From the NCBI GenBank assembly GCA_964230645.1, contig CAXRHT010000003.1, positions 160,001 through 224,000 on the forward strand: a stretch of DNA of 64,000 bases, given 5' to 3'. The translations under genes were made by a program, and so were the position numbers. Positions within the stretch are counted from its first letter, which is position 1; the number at the start of each line of letters is the position of its first letter. This document shows positions 46,558 through 56,396 of this stretch, piece by piece. Under the pieces are notes generated by a model. The model had not been told where the DNA came from and did not search any database. It saw only the letters and a program-made list of their open reading frames with translations. Source of the DNA: Bdellovibrionales bacterium (lineage in GTDB: Bacteria > Bdellovibrionota > Bdellovibrionia > Bdellovibrionales > JAGQZY01).

Positions 46558-48588
46558 CTAAAGTAGAGTATAAGGATCAACATCAATAAGGCATTTTGTT
46601 TTTTTACATTGATCCCTAATGAATTGATCGGCCATTTTTGCGATGTGATTAATAGTCTGATGATCTTTAGCTTTAATGAGTAAATGGTAGCGGAATCGAT
46701 TTTTTATTTTGGTCAACGGAGAGGGTGTGGGGCCTAAGACTTGCACACCACCTAACTGATCGTATTTCTCAATTAATTGCTTGAGGTAATTGGCAAGAGC
46801 TTGAGATTCTTCGATAACCTCTTGCTCTCTTAACCCAGAAACTCGAATGGAGGTGATTTTACCAAAAGGAGGATAGTGGAAGAGTTTGCGATTCTCTGCC
46901 TCCTCTTCAACGAATTGATAGTAATTGTGGTTTTTCACCGCCTGTAGACTTGGATGTTCTTTTTTATAAGTCTGAATGACCACTTCACCGGGAACGGCAT
47001 GGCGACCAGCACGTCCACTGACTTGAGTGCAGAGTTGATAACCTCGTTCACTCGCCCTAAAATCGGGAATATTGAAAGCCACATCGGCATGGATAATTCC
47101 CACGAGAGTGAGATTTTTAAAATCTAAGCCTTTTGCAATCATCTGGGTTCCAATGAGGAAATCGATTTCTGAGTTCTCCATTTTTCGAACCATTTCCTCT
47201 AAAGCTTCACGACTTTGAATCTCGTCACGGTCGGCACGGAAAACTCGCGCCTCTGGGAAAAGCTCTAAGATTCCCTTCTCCACGGCTTCAGTTCCAAGGC
47301 CATAAGCTTTTGGTTCGCCTTCTTTGCAGTCGGGGCACTCATCACTTTTACGTTCATGATAATTGCAATAGTGGCAAACGAGATGATGTTTTCCATGCAG
47401 GGTTAGTGAAATATCACAATTGGGACATTCGTAGGAGAATCCACAGTCATAGCATTGCACGTTTGGCGCGATCCCTCGTCGATTTAAGAAAAGAGCCGTT
47501 TGCTGAGAGTTTTCAAAGGTATTTTTTAGTTTTTTAAAAAGAGTTTCAGAAAGCCAGTAGGGGAGTTCATTATGCTCATCTCGGTCCTCTCTTGGATTGA
47601 CAATTGTCACCTCTGGCAAAGGGCGATTGGATACGCGATTTTTCAAAGTCAGTAGTTTAAACTTTCCCTCTTTTGCATTTTGCCAAGACTCTAAACTAGG
47701 GGTGGCGGAACCAAGGATAATGGGGCACTTTTCCATCTTAGCTCTTACGATGGCCACATCTCTGGCGTTGTATTTCAACTTTTCTTCTTGTTTGAAACTG
47801 GTCTCATGTTCCTCGTCTACGACGATGACACCTAAATTGGGAACAGGACAAAAGAGCGCTGAGCGCGCCCCGATTAAAAGTTTCTTATCACCCTCAACAA
47901 TTTGCCACCATTGATCCGTTTTTTCTCTATCGGTTAAATGGGAATGAAGAACGGCGATCTGGTCTTGGAAGCGTTCCGCAAAACGTCGTACCAGTTGAGG
48001 AGTGAGTGAAATCTCAGGAACAAGAACCATCGCTTTTTTTCCTGATGCTATGACTTGCTCGATTACCTCGATATAAACTTCTGTTTTTCCCGAACCAGTA
48101 ACACCGTGAAGAAGATAGGTTTCAGAAGACTTAACATCAATCTCTGAGAGAACACTTTTTTGTTCATCGGTAAGGTCAGGGGCTGTAATGGGTTCAACGT
48201 CTGGAACGATATCTTTTTTTCGACTTTTGCGGTTAGATTTTTTTTTTAGTGGGGGAAAGACCGATTGTTGGACTTGTCCAAGAGGATAAACATAGTAGTC
48301 TGATATCCATTGCAGCCACTTGATTTGCATCTTGCTTAACGGAATTTTTTCTGGATCTTTTTCAGCAATCGTTTTGGTTTTAAAATCCTTAGACGATTCT
48401 TTTGCCTCAGTGGGGCCGATGACAAGGCCTTGTACCTTCCTGTTTTTGGGACCAAACGGAACTTTTACCGGATCACCCGGTTGAACTTTCAAATCTTCAC
48501 TGGCTTCATAGGTAAAGGTATCAGGAAGTGGGACATTAAGAGCAACCTCCCAAAGTTTCCCTTGAGAGGTCAGCGGAGATTCAGACAC
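46558..48588 (-). CDS. priA: Primosomal protein N' (replication restart helicase)
   Basis: GVTGSGKTEVY, DEEH, SATPS, four CxxC motifs, GTQMIAKG, QVSGRAGR and DVDP. Confidence 0.97.
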   Translation of the reverse strand: MSESPLTSQGKLWEVALNVPLPDTFTYEASEDLKVQPGDPVKVPFGPKNRKVQGLVIGPTEAKESSKDFKTKTIAEKDPEKIPLSKMQIKWLQWISDYYVYPLGQVQQSVFPPLKKKSNRKSRKKDIVPDVEPITAPDLTDEQKSVLSEIDVKSSETYLLHGVTGSGKTEVYIEVIEQVIASGKKAMVLVPEISLTPQLVRRFAERFQDQIAVLHSHLTDREKTDQWWQIVEGDKKLLIGARSALFCPVPNLGVIVVDEEHETSFKQEEKLKYNARDVAIVRAKMEKCPIILGSATPSLESWQNAKEGKFKLLTLKNRVSNRPLPEVTIVNPREDRDEHNELPYWLSETLFKKLKNTFENSQQTALFLNRRGIAPNVQCYDCGFSYECPNCDISLTLHGKHHLVCHYCNYHERKSDECPDCKEGEPKAYGLGTEAVEKGILELFPEARVFRADRDEIQSREALEEMVRKMENSEIDFLIGTQMIAKGLDFKNLTLVGIIHADVAFNIPDFRASERGYQLCTQVSGRAGRHAVPGEVVIQTYKKEHPSLQAVKNHNYYQFVEEEAENRKLFHYPPFGKITSIRVSGLREQEVIEESQALANYLKQLIEKYDQLGGVQVLGPTPSPLTKIKNRFRYHLLIKAKDHQTINHIAKMADQFIRDQCKKTKCLIDVDPYTLL

Positions 48589-49418
48589 TAACGAAACCTC
48601 GAATAAAACTCTTTAATCAATGGATCCGTCGGAATCGTTCCTTTTTCGGAAGAATCCAATTGCCAATCTTTCTTGGTGGCGTTTACTCTTTCTGCTGCTA
48701 ATAATTTGATGCGAGCGACTTTATCATTCCAACTGATTTGTTGTTCACCGGGAAGTCTCAAGCCGCCAACAAAAGTTTGGTACTGAGAGTTCACAAACTC
48801 GGCCTCTGATTGCAAACGTCCTTTCTTAATAATGAACGAGTCTTGTTCGACCCACAAAACGGTTTGATTCTGACTGCCCTGGCTATTTGTTTTTGCACCA
48901 ATGGCGTAGTTTACCGATCCTTCCATGGGAGCAAGGCTTATGAAAGGCTCTGGAGTGAGTTTGGTTTTGCCTTCCACGTAATTAGGAGGTGTAGAGTCCT
49001 TCACCCAGGCAGGTACAAATTTATAGCCGATGAGGCGATTCAATAAACTTTTATGATAGCGATCATGAAAAAGTGGCTCGAAGAAATCTTTGCTTTTTTG
49101 AAAACTCTTTACCGCTTTTTTACGACTCAAGGTTTTTCGGTTGCGGGCGTTGTAGAGAATTTCAAAGCTCCATGGGTTATTACTGTCAAGACTTGAAACT
49201 TCCAACTTCATCTTATCGCCATGAGCGACAGTCCAGACCTCACGAGCTTTAATTTTTTTCTCGGGAGAGGAAAGGTCAACTTCGCGAACAATTTTGTAAT
49301 CCCGTTGCCCGTTGTTGCTAGTCATTTTTTTAACAATTGTTTTGGCTCGAGGGATATAGGCGTGGGCGGATTGGGCAACAAATAAACTAAATGCTAAGAA
49401 AAAAAGAGTGCGGTTCAT
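48588..49418 (-). CDS. Hypothetical exported protein (possible LolA-like fold)
   Basis: Signal peptide ending AHA-YIP, AGGAG SD, and a stop that overlaps the priA start. Confidence 0.7.
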   Translation of the reverse strand: MNRTLFFLAFSLFVAQSAHAYIPRAKTIVKKMTSNNGQRDYKIVREVDLSSPEKKIKAREVWTVAHGDKMKLEVSSLDSNNPWSFEILYNARNRKTLSRKKAVKSFQKSKDFFEPLFHDRYHKSLLNRLIGYKFVPAWVKDSTPPNYVEGKTKLTPEPFISLAPMEGSVNYAIGAKTNSQGSQNQTVLWVEQDSFIIKKGRLQSEAEFVNSQYQTFVGGLRLPGEQQISWNDKVARIKLLAAERVNATKKDWQLDSSEKGTIPTDPLIKEFYSRFR

Positions 49419-49429
49419 TTTAACTCTCC

Positions 49430-50299
49430 TCAGAGTTTTAAGTTTTTCAAGTAGGCTTTTAATGAGGGTCCGATTTGTGGATGCTTTAAACCCAACTCGA
49501 TATTAGCTTGAAGATAACCAAGTTTATCACCGGCGTCATATCGTTGGGCAACAAACTCAGTGGCGTAAAGGCCTTCAGTCTGGGCCACCTCAGTCATCGC
49601 ATCGGTTAATTGGATTTCACCATTTTTACCGGGAGGTAGGTTTTCTAATGAGTCAAAAATGGAGGCGTTAAATATGTACCTCCCCGGTAAGGCCCACTGA
49701 CTTGGACTCTGGTCGGGGTTTGGCTTTTCAATGACCGACCGAACTTTCATATTTTTTTCACCCGGGTTTTCAACATCGACGATTCCGTATTTGCTAACAT
49801 CTTGCTTAGGAACTTCCATTACAGCCACGGTCGACTTTTCAGTGCCTTTATAAGACTCAAGTAGTTGAGCCGTGACGTTTTTATCTTGAGTTTTAACCAT
49901 TATTTCATCACCCAACAAAACGGCAAAGGGCTCTTTTCCAACAATGGGTTTAGCGGTGTAAACAGCATGACCCAGTCCCTTAGCCTCTTTCTGTCGGATA
50001 CTAATAATCTCCACCATCGATTGAATATCTCGAACGAGCTCTAGAAGGTCTTCCTTGCCCGTTTTGACGAGAGTGTCTTCAAGTTCATAACTACGATCAA
50101 AAAAGTCTTCAATGGCTGTTTTGTTGCGTCCAGCGATAATGACTACGTCTTCCACACCCGCTTCAATAGCTTCCTTGACGACATGTAAGAGAATCGGCGT
50201 ATCCACAATTGGAAGCAGTTCTTTAGGGACAGTCTTCGTTGCTGGCAAAAAGCGGGTTCCTAGCCCTGCGGCTGGAATGACGGCCTTTTTGATTTTCAT
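49430..50299 (-). CDS. galU: UTP--glucose-1-phosphate uridylyltransferase
   Basis: KAVIPAAGLGTRFLPATK...PKELLP, GLGHA, EKP and GEIQLTDA. Confidence 0.96.
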   Translation of the reverse strand: MKIKKAVIPAAGLGTRFLPATKTVPKELLPIVDTPILLHVVKEAIEAGVEDVVIIAGRNKTAIEDFFDRSYELEDTLVKTGKEDLLELVRDIQSMVEIISIRQKEAKGLGHAVYTAKPIVGKEPFAVLLGDEIMVKTQDKNVTAQLLESYKGTEKSTVAVMEVPKQDVSKYGIVDVENPGEKNMKVRSVIEKPNPDQSPSQWALPGRYIFNASIFDSLENLPPGKNGEIQLTDAMTEVAQTEGLYATEFVAQRYDAGDKLGYLQANIELGLKHPQIGPSLKAYLKNLKL

Positions 50300-50425
50300 G
50301 AAAACTCCCTTCTCAAAATGAAACACTGGAAATCAAATATTTACCATAATGGAATATTCAAAGGGAAAAATAAAGTCTCAAGAGGCATTTTCTGTTACTA
50401 TAATAGTCAGTATCTGGGGGGATTT

Positions 50426-51895
50426 GTGCGTCGAATTAGGACTCCACTTATCATTTTAATCGCAATAGCAGGCATTCTTGGATTTTTCCAAAATTGTACG
50501 CCGTCAGTGCCTTTTGGTCATACCGATCATTTTCAGTCTCTTGTTAATTCCACCGAGTTTCCCTATGAAGTTAATATCGACCAAGTGGCCTATATGTCCT
50601 GCTCCGAACAAGAAGATGTTTACAATGACGGGGCCTTCTTTACCTTTCGCTTTGGTGCCTTTCGCACTCACGGAATCCGTGTCACTCCAGAATATCGAAA
50701 TCATATTGAAAAAGTGGATGAAGAAGACGTCCCTTATGCTCTCCAGCAAAGTGCTTCCAGTCGTGGGTTAAAGCTACAGGGTGCCATTCGAACTATGGAC
50801 AACTTGCAGTTAATGTATGTCGATGGGGAAAATGGAGAGAAGGGCCTTGAAGGCTCTGATTATAGCAACTTCTTTCCAGAAATGGGAGATCCCGTATTAT
50901 CTCAGGCACTCTGGTATATGAATCCCAATGATTATCTTAGAAACTATGTCGCTGCTCAATTTCCAGATGAATATCGTTTTGCCAGTGAAGTGCAATTCAT
51001 GAAATCTCAACTAATGGAAAATGACCTCAGAAACTTTTTCGGAAGTCGGGGAATTCTTACCGTTACATTTGCTCAGAATGGTGAAATTAAGCCTATCGGA
51101 CTAGGAAGTATTGACTACCTCAATCGCATAAACACAGATCCAAACTCGCCTTCCAATGGCAACGGCGGAGGGAATGGTGGTTCTGGTGTTGGCGGTTCAG
51201 GCTCTAACCCGTCAGGAGGAAGTGGAGGCTCTGGGGGTACAATTGATCCAGGTGGATCAGGTGCTTCCGGCGGAGGTGGCGGAGGTGGAAACAGCGTTCA
51301 AAAGCCTGTCTTCACAGCGGCCAACTTAGATGTAAGGTCCAATGTCTTTGGTGCGGCCGTGCAACCCAAGTTCAAGCAACCGCCCAAAATTATTGTGCCC
51401 GACAATCAGAATCAGCCTGTGATTGAACAAGATCCAGGTCCCGATATGCCACCACGGATTTTAAGCTCCGTTCGTGATGTTATTATTGATGAAAGGCTCA
51501 GTACCCGACCCACACCAGAGTGGATTTGTCCGAAAGAACTCAGTTTTATGATCGTTCTTCCTGAGGACGCGATTTATCAAGATGAGGATTCCAATACTAT
51601 CACACGCTGTAATATGAATCCGGATCCATTAAACCCGAACGCTGATGAGAAAAAACTCTATGATATCGCTCGGCAGAGTATTTATGCTGAAGACTTTTAT
51701 ATCGATCTACGCAATCGTTGTGTGGTGCCAAAACCGGGAGTCGCCAACGAGGGCAGTTGTTACGGTATCAACGAGAACACCTCTATGACTCGCCCGATCG
51801 CCTACGATGATTACGATTCAGTAGGCTGTGGTTTTGGAGTGGGGCAAAAAGTTTGCCCGCACTATGTTTCTGTTTGTTACCGGCGCTACGAATAA
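50426..51895 (+). CDS. Hypothetical Cys-rich lipoprotein with FQNC signal and Gly/Ser linker
   Basis: GTG start after a GGGGGGA SD and TATAAT. ILGFFQNC signal, Gly/Ser/Asn linker, C-terminal CPHYVSVC. Confidence 0.75.
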   Translation: MRRIRTPLIILIAIAGILGFFQNCTPSVPFGHTDHFQSLVNSTEFPYEVNIDQVAYMSCSEQEDVYNDGAFFTFRFGAFRTHGIRVTPEYRNHIEKVDEEDVPYALQQSASSRGLKLQGAIRTMDNLQLMYVDGENGEKGLEGSDYSNFFPEMGDPVLSQALWYMNPNDYLRNYVAAQFPDEYRFASEVQFMKSQLMENDLRNFFGSRGILTVTFAQNGEIKPIGLGSIDYLNRINTDPNSPSNGNGGGNGGSGVGGSGSNPSGGSGGSGGTIDPGGSGASGGGGGGGNSVQKPVFTAANLDVRSNVFGAAVQPKFKQPPKIIVPDNQNQPVIEQDPGPDMPPRILSSVRDVIIDERLSTRPTPEWICPKELSFMIVLPEDAIYQDEDSNTITRCNMNPDPLNPNADEKKLYDIARQSIYAEDFYIDLRNRCVVPKPGVANEGSCYGINENTSMTRPIAYDDYDSVGCGFGVGQKVCPHYVSVCYRRYE

Positions 51896-52099
51896 ATTCG
51901 CATCTTACAAAATGCCAATCCAACAGTTTTAAGTTTTGCTCAAGGGCTAATTAGTGCTGAGCGGACCTCGTGTTTTAACTTGTCCAAATTGTTAATGAAG
52001 ACACTCAATTTTAATCACTGTGAGAGTCCTTCACTGACTTGGTCACTCTCTTGACTCAGCATGCTGGACAGAAGGGTCTGAGCGGGTCATCATGAGAGA

Positions 52100-52954
52100 A
52101 TGAAAACTGTAATTTTAATTCTTTCGAGTCTTTTCTGTTTTAGTGCTCAAGCCAACCAAATGGCCGGAGCGGTCTCTGCGGGAATGGGAGGCACGGGGCG
52201 TGCGGCCGTGGTTTCCAACGAATCCCTTTATTTGAATCCAGCAACAATCGCATTAATGGAAGGTTTCTACTCCGGAGCGTCCTATCAAACGGGCTTTTTG
52301 CGCCAAGATATCAGCCGGAACACTTACAGCATCACTATGACGGATGCGACTGAGGGCATCATGTTGCCGGGCTCTTTCGGATATCGAAAGCACAGCATCA
52401 ATAACCAAGGAGAGCGTCTTGAGGAAAATGAATTCAAAGTCGGCCTTGGTTACCGCATAACGGACAGGTTGAGCTTAGGAGTGGGAGGGACCCATCTTCG
52501 GGCAAAAAATCAAGTGGGGGAAAAGTTCAATCAGACCAATATGGATGTGGGGATCCTAGTGGGCTTACAGCCCAACTGGGGCCTTTCTTTTACGGGTGAA
52601 AATATAATAAAAGACAATGAAAATAGACCTTTAGCTCTGGATCGGCTTTCACGAGCCGCGCTTGGAACACAATATATCATGCAGCGTATGATCACCCTTC
52701 GCTACGAAACCCTAATGCCTCTTTATCAGGAAGGCCCCTCACTTCTAGGTCACCGCTTTGGCCTGGGGCTTGGAATGAAGGGCTCTTTTGGTCTGAATGC
52801 TGGTTATTCTGTGGATGATTCCTTGGGCCAAAACTGGGGTTCTGTGGGGATTAGCTGGAAGGGGCCTCGCCTTAAAGTGGCCTACAGCTACCAGCAGGAG
52901 ACCCGGGCTGATTTAGGAGCCAGACACTTCGTTGACTTGTGGTTAGACATTTGA
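52100..52954 (+). CDS. Putative outer-membrane beta-barrel (PorV/FadL-like N-terminal motif)
   Basis: Signal peptide AQA, GMGGTG...LYLNPA motif and alternating aromatic/hydrophobic strands. Confidence 0.65.
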   Translation: MKTVILILSSLFCFSAQANQMAGAVSAGMGGTGRAAVVSNESLYLNPATIALMEGFYSGASYQTGFLRQDISRNTYSITMTDATEGIMLPGSFGYRKHSINNQGERLEENEFKVGLGYRITDRLSLGVGGTHLRAKNQVGEKFNQTNMDVGILVGLQPNWGLSFTGENIIKDNENRPLALDRLSRAALGTQYIMQRMITLRYETLMPLYQEGPSLLGHRFGLGLGMKGSFGLNAGYSVDDSLGQNWGSVGISWKGPRLKVAYSYQQETRADLGARHFVDLWLDI

Positions 52955-52993
52955 TAACTCGACTAGTCACTAATTTGAAGGAGAAATAGGTCC

Positions 52994-53125
52994 ATGGCAT
53001 CGACAAGAAAGCAGACTAAATTAAGACGTAAGCGCAAAGCAGCTAAAGCTGGAAACAAAAGAAAAGCCAAAGCCCGAAATCAGGGAACAACTCCAACGGC
53101 TTCCGAGCTTTTTGGCGACGAATAA
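52994..53125 (+). CDS. 43-aa highly basic small protein (not in the ORF track)
   Basis: MASTRKQTKLRRKRKAAKAGNKRKAKARNQGTTPTASELFGDE*. Purine-rich GAAGGAGAAATAGG upstream and a hairpin at ~53154-53183 downstream. Confidence 0.75.
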   Translation: MASTRKQTKLRRKRKAAKAGNKRKAKARNQGTTPTASELFGDE

Positions 53126-53182
53126 GCTTTAAACTGTTGAAAATATTGATCTTAGCCCTCTATCCGCATTGCGTGAGGGGGC

Positions 53183-55024
53183 TTAAAACTGGTATTTCAA
53201 TTGAAGCCAGTACTTCCTCTGGGGCTCAGGATAATTGAGCGCCAACACTTTACCCTCATTAAAAGCGTTCACAAGGCCAAGATTCACTTGGGCATTGCTG
53301 GTTATTTGTGTGAACAGAAAAAAGTTCCATTGTTGCCAGTCCTCTAATTCCACCGCCTGATTGTTTGAGATGTCAAAGGCTTCATACCAATGGGTGTTTT
53401 GTATCTGTAATTGAAAAGAGTCCCACTGTTTTGTCACCGACCAACTTATCTGATGTTTGGGTGAGAGCCTAAACGGACGGTCCAACTGGCGGTTTTGAGT
53501 TTCTAAGTAATTGTAATTAACTTCTCCTACCCACTGAGCCCAGGCTTTAGAGAGTTTTAAGTCAATTCCTCGGGAATAGCCTTCCCCTCGGTTGGCTCTT
53601 GAAAAGACGCCGGGTGAAATTTCAAAAGACTCAATAAAATTTTGATACTCCATATGAAAGAATCGGAGCTCCCAAAATAAATCATAGGGGTTCGATTGAG
53701 TGGCTTGAATTCCAAGCTCATACTGTGATGATTTCTCAGGGCTGAGATTTGAGTTACCTACAAAAAAGGGACTCTCGGCATAAAGGTCATTCAGAGAGGG
53801 GTTACGGAAGCCTTCCGAGTAGCTGAGCCAAAGATCAAAACTGTCTTCATAAAAGTGAGTGGAAAGGCTCGGTAGAAAACGGGAGCCTCGGGTAAGGTAG
53901 CGACCACCAATTTGGTGTTTTAAAAAATCAAAAGAATAAAACCCCAAGAAAGGACCGAGTTCAAAGTTTTCCGTCTTAAGATTGTCTCCTACGAAACTAT
54001 TGTCCATTTCGTGGAAAAAGGCATCGGCAAAAAACTGCAGTTGGGTTCTTGAATTCCAGTCGTGGATAAATTCATTTTGAAGAATATAAGTTATCTGATC
54101 GGTATAGGAAAAATTGCCACTTTCCGTAAATTCGGCGTTACTGAATAGGTAGGTGGCTCTAGATTTTAAACTTGTTTGATCGGTGAAAAAATAATGAGGT
54201 GTGATTGATAAAAGGCCGCCCGTATTTTCTTGATCCGTTTTAAAAGGATTGTTGGTGGGGCCAGGGCTTATAGAGTTCTGCTTAGCAAGAATCATATCGT
54301 AATTGATGCTGATACGGTCCAAATGGGACTCACCGTTAAAGACGGTTCTCATCATTTTCTGAGAGTTGTTGGCTCGAACGCCGCTCGAGTTCTCTGTCTG
54401 GTAGGGAAACTCTCCATCATCTTGCTCTAGGAACAAAGAGGTTTGTAAAAAATTTCTTTTACCATTGATAAGAGGACTGGCCAGCTGCCATGAATGGTGG
54501 GCTAAGTTTCCCTCACGCCAAGGAAGAAAACTTTCGTTAGTATCTGAAAAGTTGGCCACAAAAACGGGTCTGGAATATTTCTGTGGGATAAAATCGATAG
54601 CTCCAGCCATGGCTTGAGATCCATAAAAAAGCGAAGATGGTCCTTTAAGGAGATTCACATGAGAAAGTGTTTCCTTCGGGAAAAAGATACGAGGGGCTCC
54701 AAAGCCAGAGGAAAAATTAAGGGGGATATGATTGTAAAGCACTAAGGTGCGTCCTGTTTGCTCGGCTCCTCGAATAGAAAATGTAGGGGAGCCCTGGGTG
54801 CGAACCTGTAAACCGTTGACGGCGTTAAGAGCGTCGTCAGGCTGAGGTAAGTTGATGCTGGTTTTAGGCTTTTCTTTGTAAACAGGCCATTGAATAGAAC
54901 GCGTGGATTCGTTTTTTTCCGGATCGCCTTCTACAAGGACGTTGGGAAGCTCTAGAGTTGTGGCATGGGAAATAAAGGTGAAAAAGGAAAAAGTCCCAAA
55001 AAGGATTAATTGAATCATTTGCAT
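53183..55024 (-). CDS. btuB: TonB-dependent receptor, BtuB-like cobalamin transporter
   Basis: Plug motifs SIRGA and LLKGPSSLFYGS, FRNPSLNDLY, GNSNLSPEKS, C-terminal YQF. Cobalamin riboswitch upstream; start reassigned to ATG 55024. Confidence 0.8.
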   Translation of the reverse strand: MQMIQLILFGTFSFFTFISHATTLELPNVLVEGDPEKNESTRSIQWPVYKEKPKTSINLPQPDDALNAVNGLQVRTQGSPTFSIRGAEQTGRTLVLYNHIPLNFSSGFGAPRIFFPKETLSHVNLLKGPSSLFYGSQAMAGAIDFIPQKYSRPVFVANFSDTNESFLPWREGNLAHHSWQLASPLINGKRNFLQTSLFLEQDDGEFPYQTENSSGVRANNSQKMMRTVFNGESHLDRISINYDMILAKQNSISPGPTNNPFKTDQENTGGLLSITPHYFFTDQTSLKSRATYLFSNAEFTESGNFSYTDQITYILQNEFIHDWNSRTQLQFFADAFFHEMDNSFVGDNLKTENFELGPFLGFYSFDFLKHQIGGRYLTRGSRFLPSLSTHFYEDSFDLWLSYSEGFRNPSLNDLYAESPFFVGNSNLSPEKSSQYELGIQATQSNPYDLFWELRFFHMEYQNFIESFEISPGVFSRANRGEGYSRGIDLKLSKAWAQWVGEVNYNYLETQNRQLDRPFRLSPKHQISWSVTKQWDSFQLQIQNTHWYEAFDISNNQAVELEDWQQWNFFLFTQITSNAQVNLGLVNAFNEGKVLALNYPEPQRKYWLQLKYQF

Positions 55025-55029
55025 TTTCA

Positions 55030-55150
55030 GTCTCCTAGAATCGCGTAAGAGTTTACTTTTTAAGGGGACCGGACTTACAGAAAGACTCTGATTACCGTTG
55101 CGCGACAGTTCTGGACTCCCACCAGATTCACCCAAGTTATAAAAGCACCA
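55030..55150 (-). ncRNA. Cobalamin riboswitch (compact, class-II-like)
   Basis: Minus strand: GGGTGAA-TCTGG-TGGGAGT-CCAGA-ACTG-TCGCGCAA-CGGT-AAT-CAGA..TCTG-TAAGTCCGGTCCC. L5 TCGCG is complementary to L13 CGCGA, and P13 CTCTT/AGGAG contains the SD. Confidence 0.88.
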
Positions 55151-55224
55151 ATTTTCAGCATTTAAAGCCATTAAAGACGGCAAGTCAATCGGAGGGGGAT
55201 AGGAGTTTTCGTTAATTGTGGAAT

Positions 55225-56337
55225 TCAGGAGTCTTTTTTAAGGTCGTCGAGCTTTTGTTTGGCTACGGCTTGGGCAAAATCAACATGTTCCTTGCGCCCA
55301 ATGATCTTTTGAGCCTTTTCCAAAGAGAAAGGTTCTACCGGGTTTTTTAATTTTTTTAATTTGGTTTTAATTATTAAGTCGTAATTTTTGCGGATGACAT
55401 CAATTTCAAGGCGCTCATCACTGAGGGCTTTAGCGATGTTTTTGACGGCTTTCACTGGCGACTTAGGCTCATTACAGTAAAGCAGCATATTGGCCCCTGC
55501 CTGCAAAGCCATTACCGGAATTTCTTCAATAGGATAGTGCTTGGTGAGAGCTTTCATATCAAGATCATCGGTGATAACGATTCCGCGATACCTCAAAGCT
55601 TCTCTTAGAAATTGCTTAATGAAAAGAGGGCTTAAGGTGACAGGAAATTGGGAGTCGATATTGGGATACTGTATATGAGCCGTCATAATCATATCGACTC
55701 GGGCTTTGATCACTTTTTTAAAAGGCTCGAGATCCCCTTGTTTTTCAAGATCAGCCAATGTTCGTTTATCAACAGGAAGGTCAAAATGACTATCAACGGA
55801 AGTGTAGCCGTGGCCCGGAAAATGTTTCGCACAACTTAAAACATCAGACTTAATATAACCTCGCACCATCGCCGAGGAGAGTTTAGCCACAATATCAGGA
55901 TCGGTGCTCAAGGCTCTATCTCCAATGACTTCATTCTCATCGTTCATAAGCACGTCCACACAAGGGGCGTAGTCGAGATTGATGCCAATGGCTTTAAGCT
56001 CTCTTCCCATCAATTGAGTGAATTGGAAAGTAATATTAGAAGAGTTCATATCGCCTAAGTTTTTGGCCGCCGGCCACTGCGTGAAGGGAGGCTTTAGTCG
56101 GTGTACGCGGCCACCCTCCATATCAATGGAGATAAAGAGGGGAGTTTTCTCTGGAAGTTTGTAGCGCAATTGCTGGATATCACAAATTAGCTTATGAATT
56201 TGTTCAACATCCTTTAAGTTTCTGTCAAAAAGGATGATTCCACCAACGTTGTTTTCAACAATAAATTGAGCTTCGTCCTGAGTGAGTTCTTCTCCGGATA
56301 AACCAATGATAAGTTGTTGACCAATATATTCGCGCAT
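55225..56337 (-). CDS. nagZ: Beta-N-acetylhexosaminidase (GH3)
   Basis: IDMEGGRVHR, KHFPGHG...DSH and TDDLDM. Confidence 0.93.
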   Translation of the reverse strand: MREYIGQQLIIGLSGEELTQDEAQFIVENNVGGIILFDRNLKDVEQIHKLICDIQQLRYKLPEKTPLFISIDMEGGRVHRLKPPFTQWPAAKNLGDMNSSNITFQFTQLMGRELKAIGINLDYAPCVDVLMNDENEVIGDRALSTDPDIVAKLSSAMVRGYIKSDVLSCAKHFPGHGYTSVDSHFDLPVDKRTLADLEKQGDLEPFKKVIKARVDMIMTAHIQYPNIDSQFPVTLSPLFIKQFLREALRYRGIVITDDLDMKALTKHYPIEEIPVMALQAGANMLLYCNEPKSPVKAVKNIAKALSDERLEIDVIRKNYDLIIKTKLKKLKNPVEPFSLEKAQKIIGRKEHVDFAQAVAKQKLDDLKKDS

Positions 56338-56396
56338 TGTTCCTCATTTTAGGGGTGCTCTGCGTATTTGTCTAGTACCTCAATGGTAAATAAAAA

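Noticed and set aside
50318..50425. 36-aa N-terminal extension of the FQNC lipoprotein
   Set aside because: It spans the divergent promoter region; GTG 50426 has an SD and places the signal peptide at the N-terminus.
55025..55183. N-terminal extension of the TonB-dependent receptor
   Set aside because: This sequence is the cobalamin riboswitch and promoter; the true start follows the AGGAG SD.
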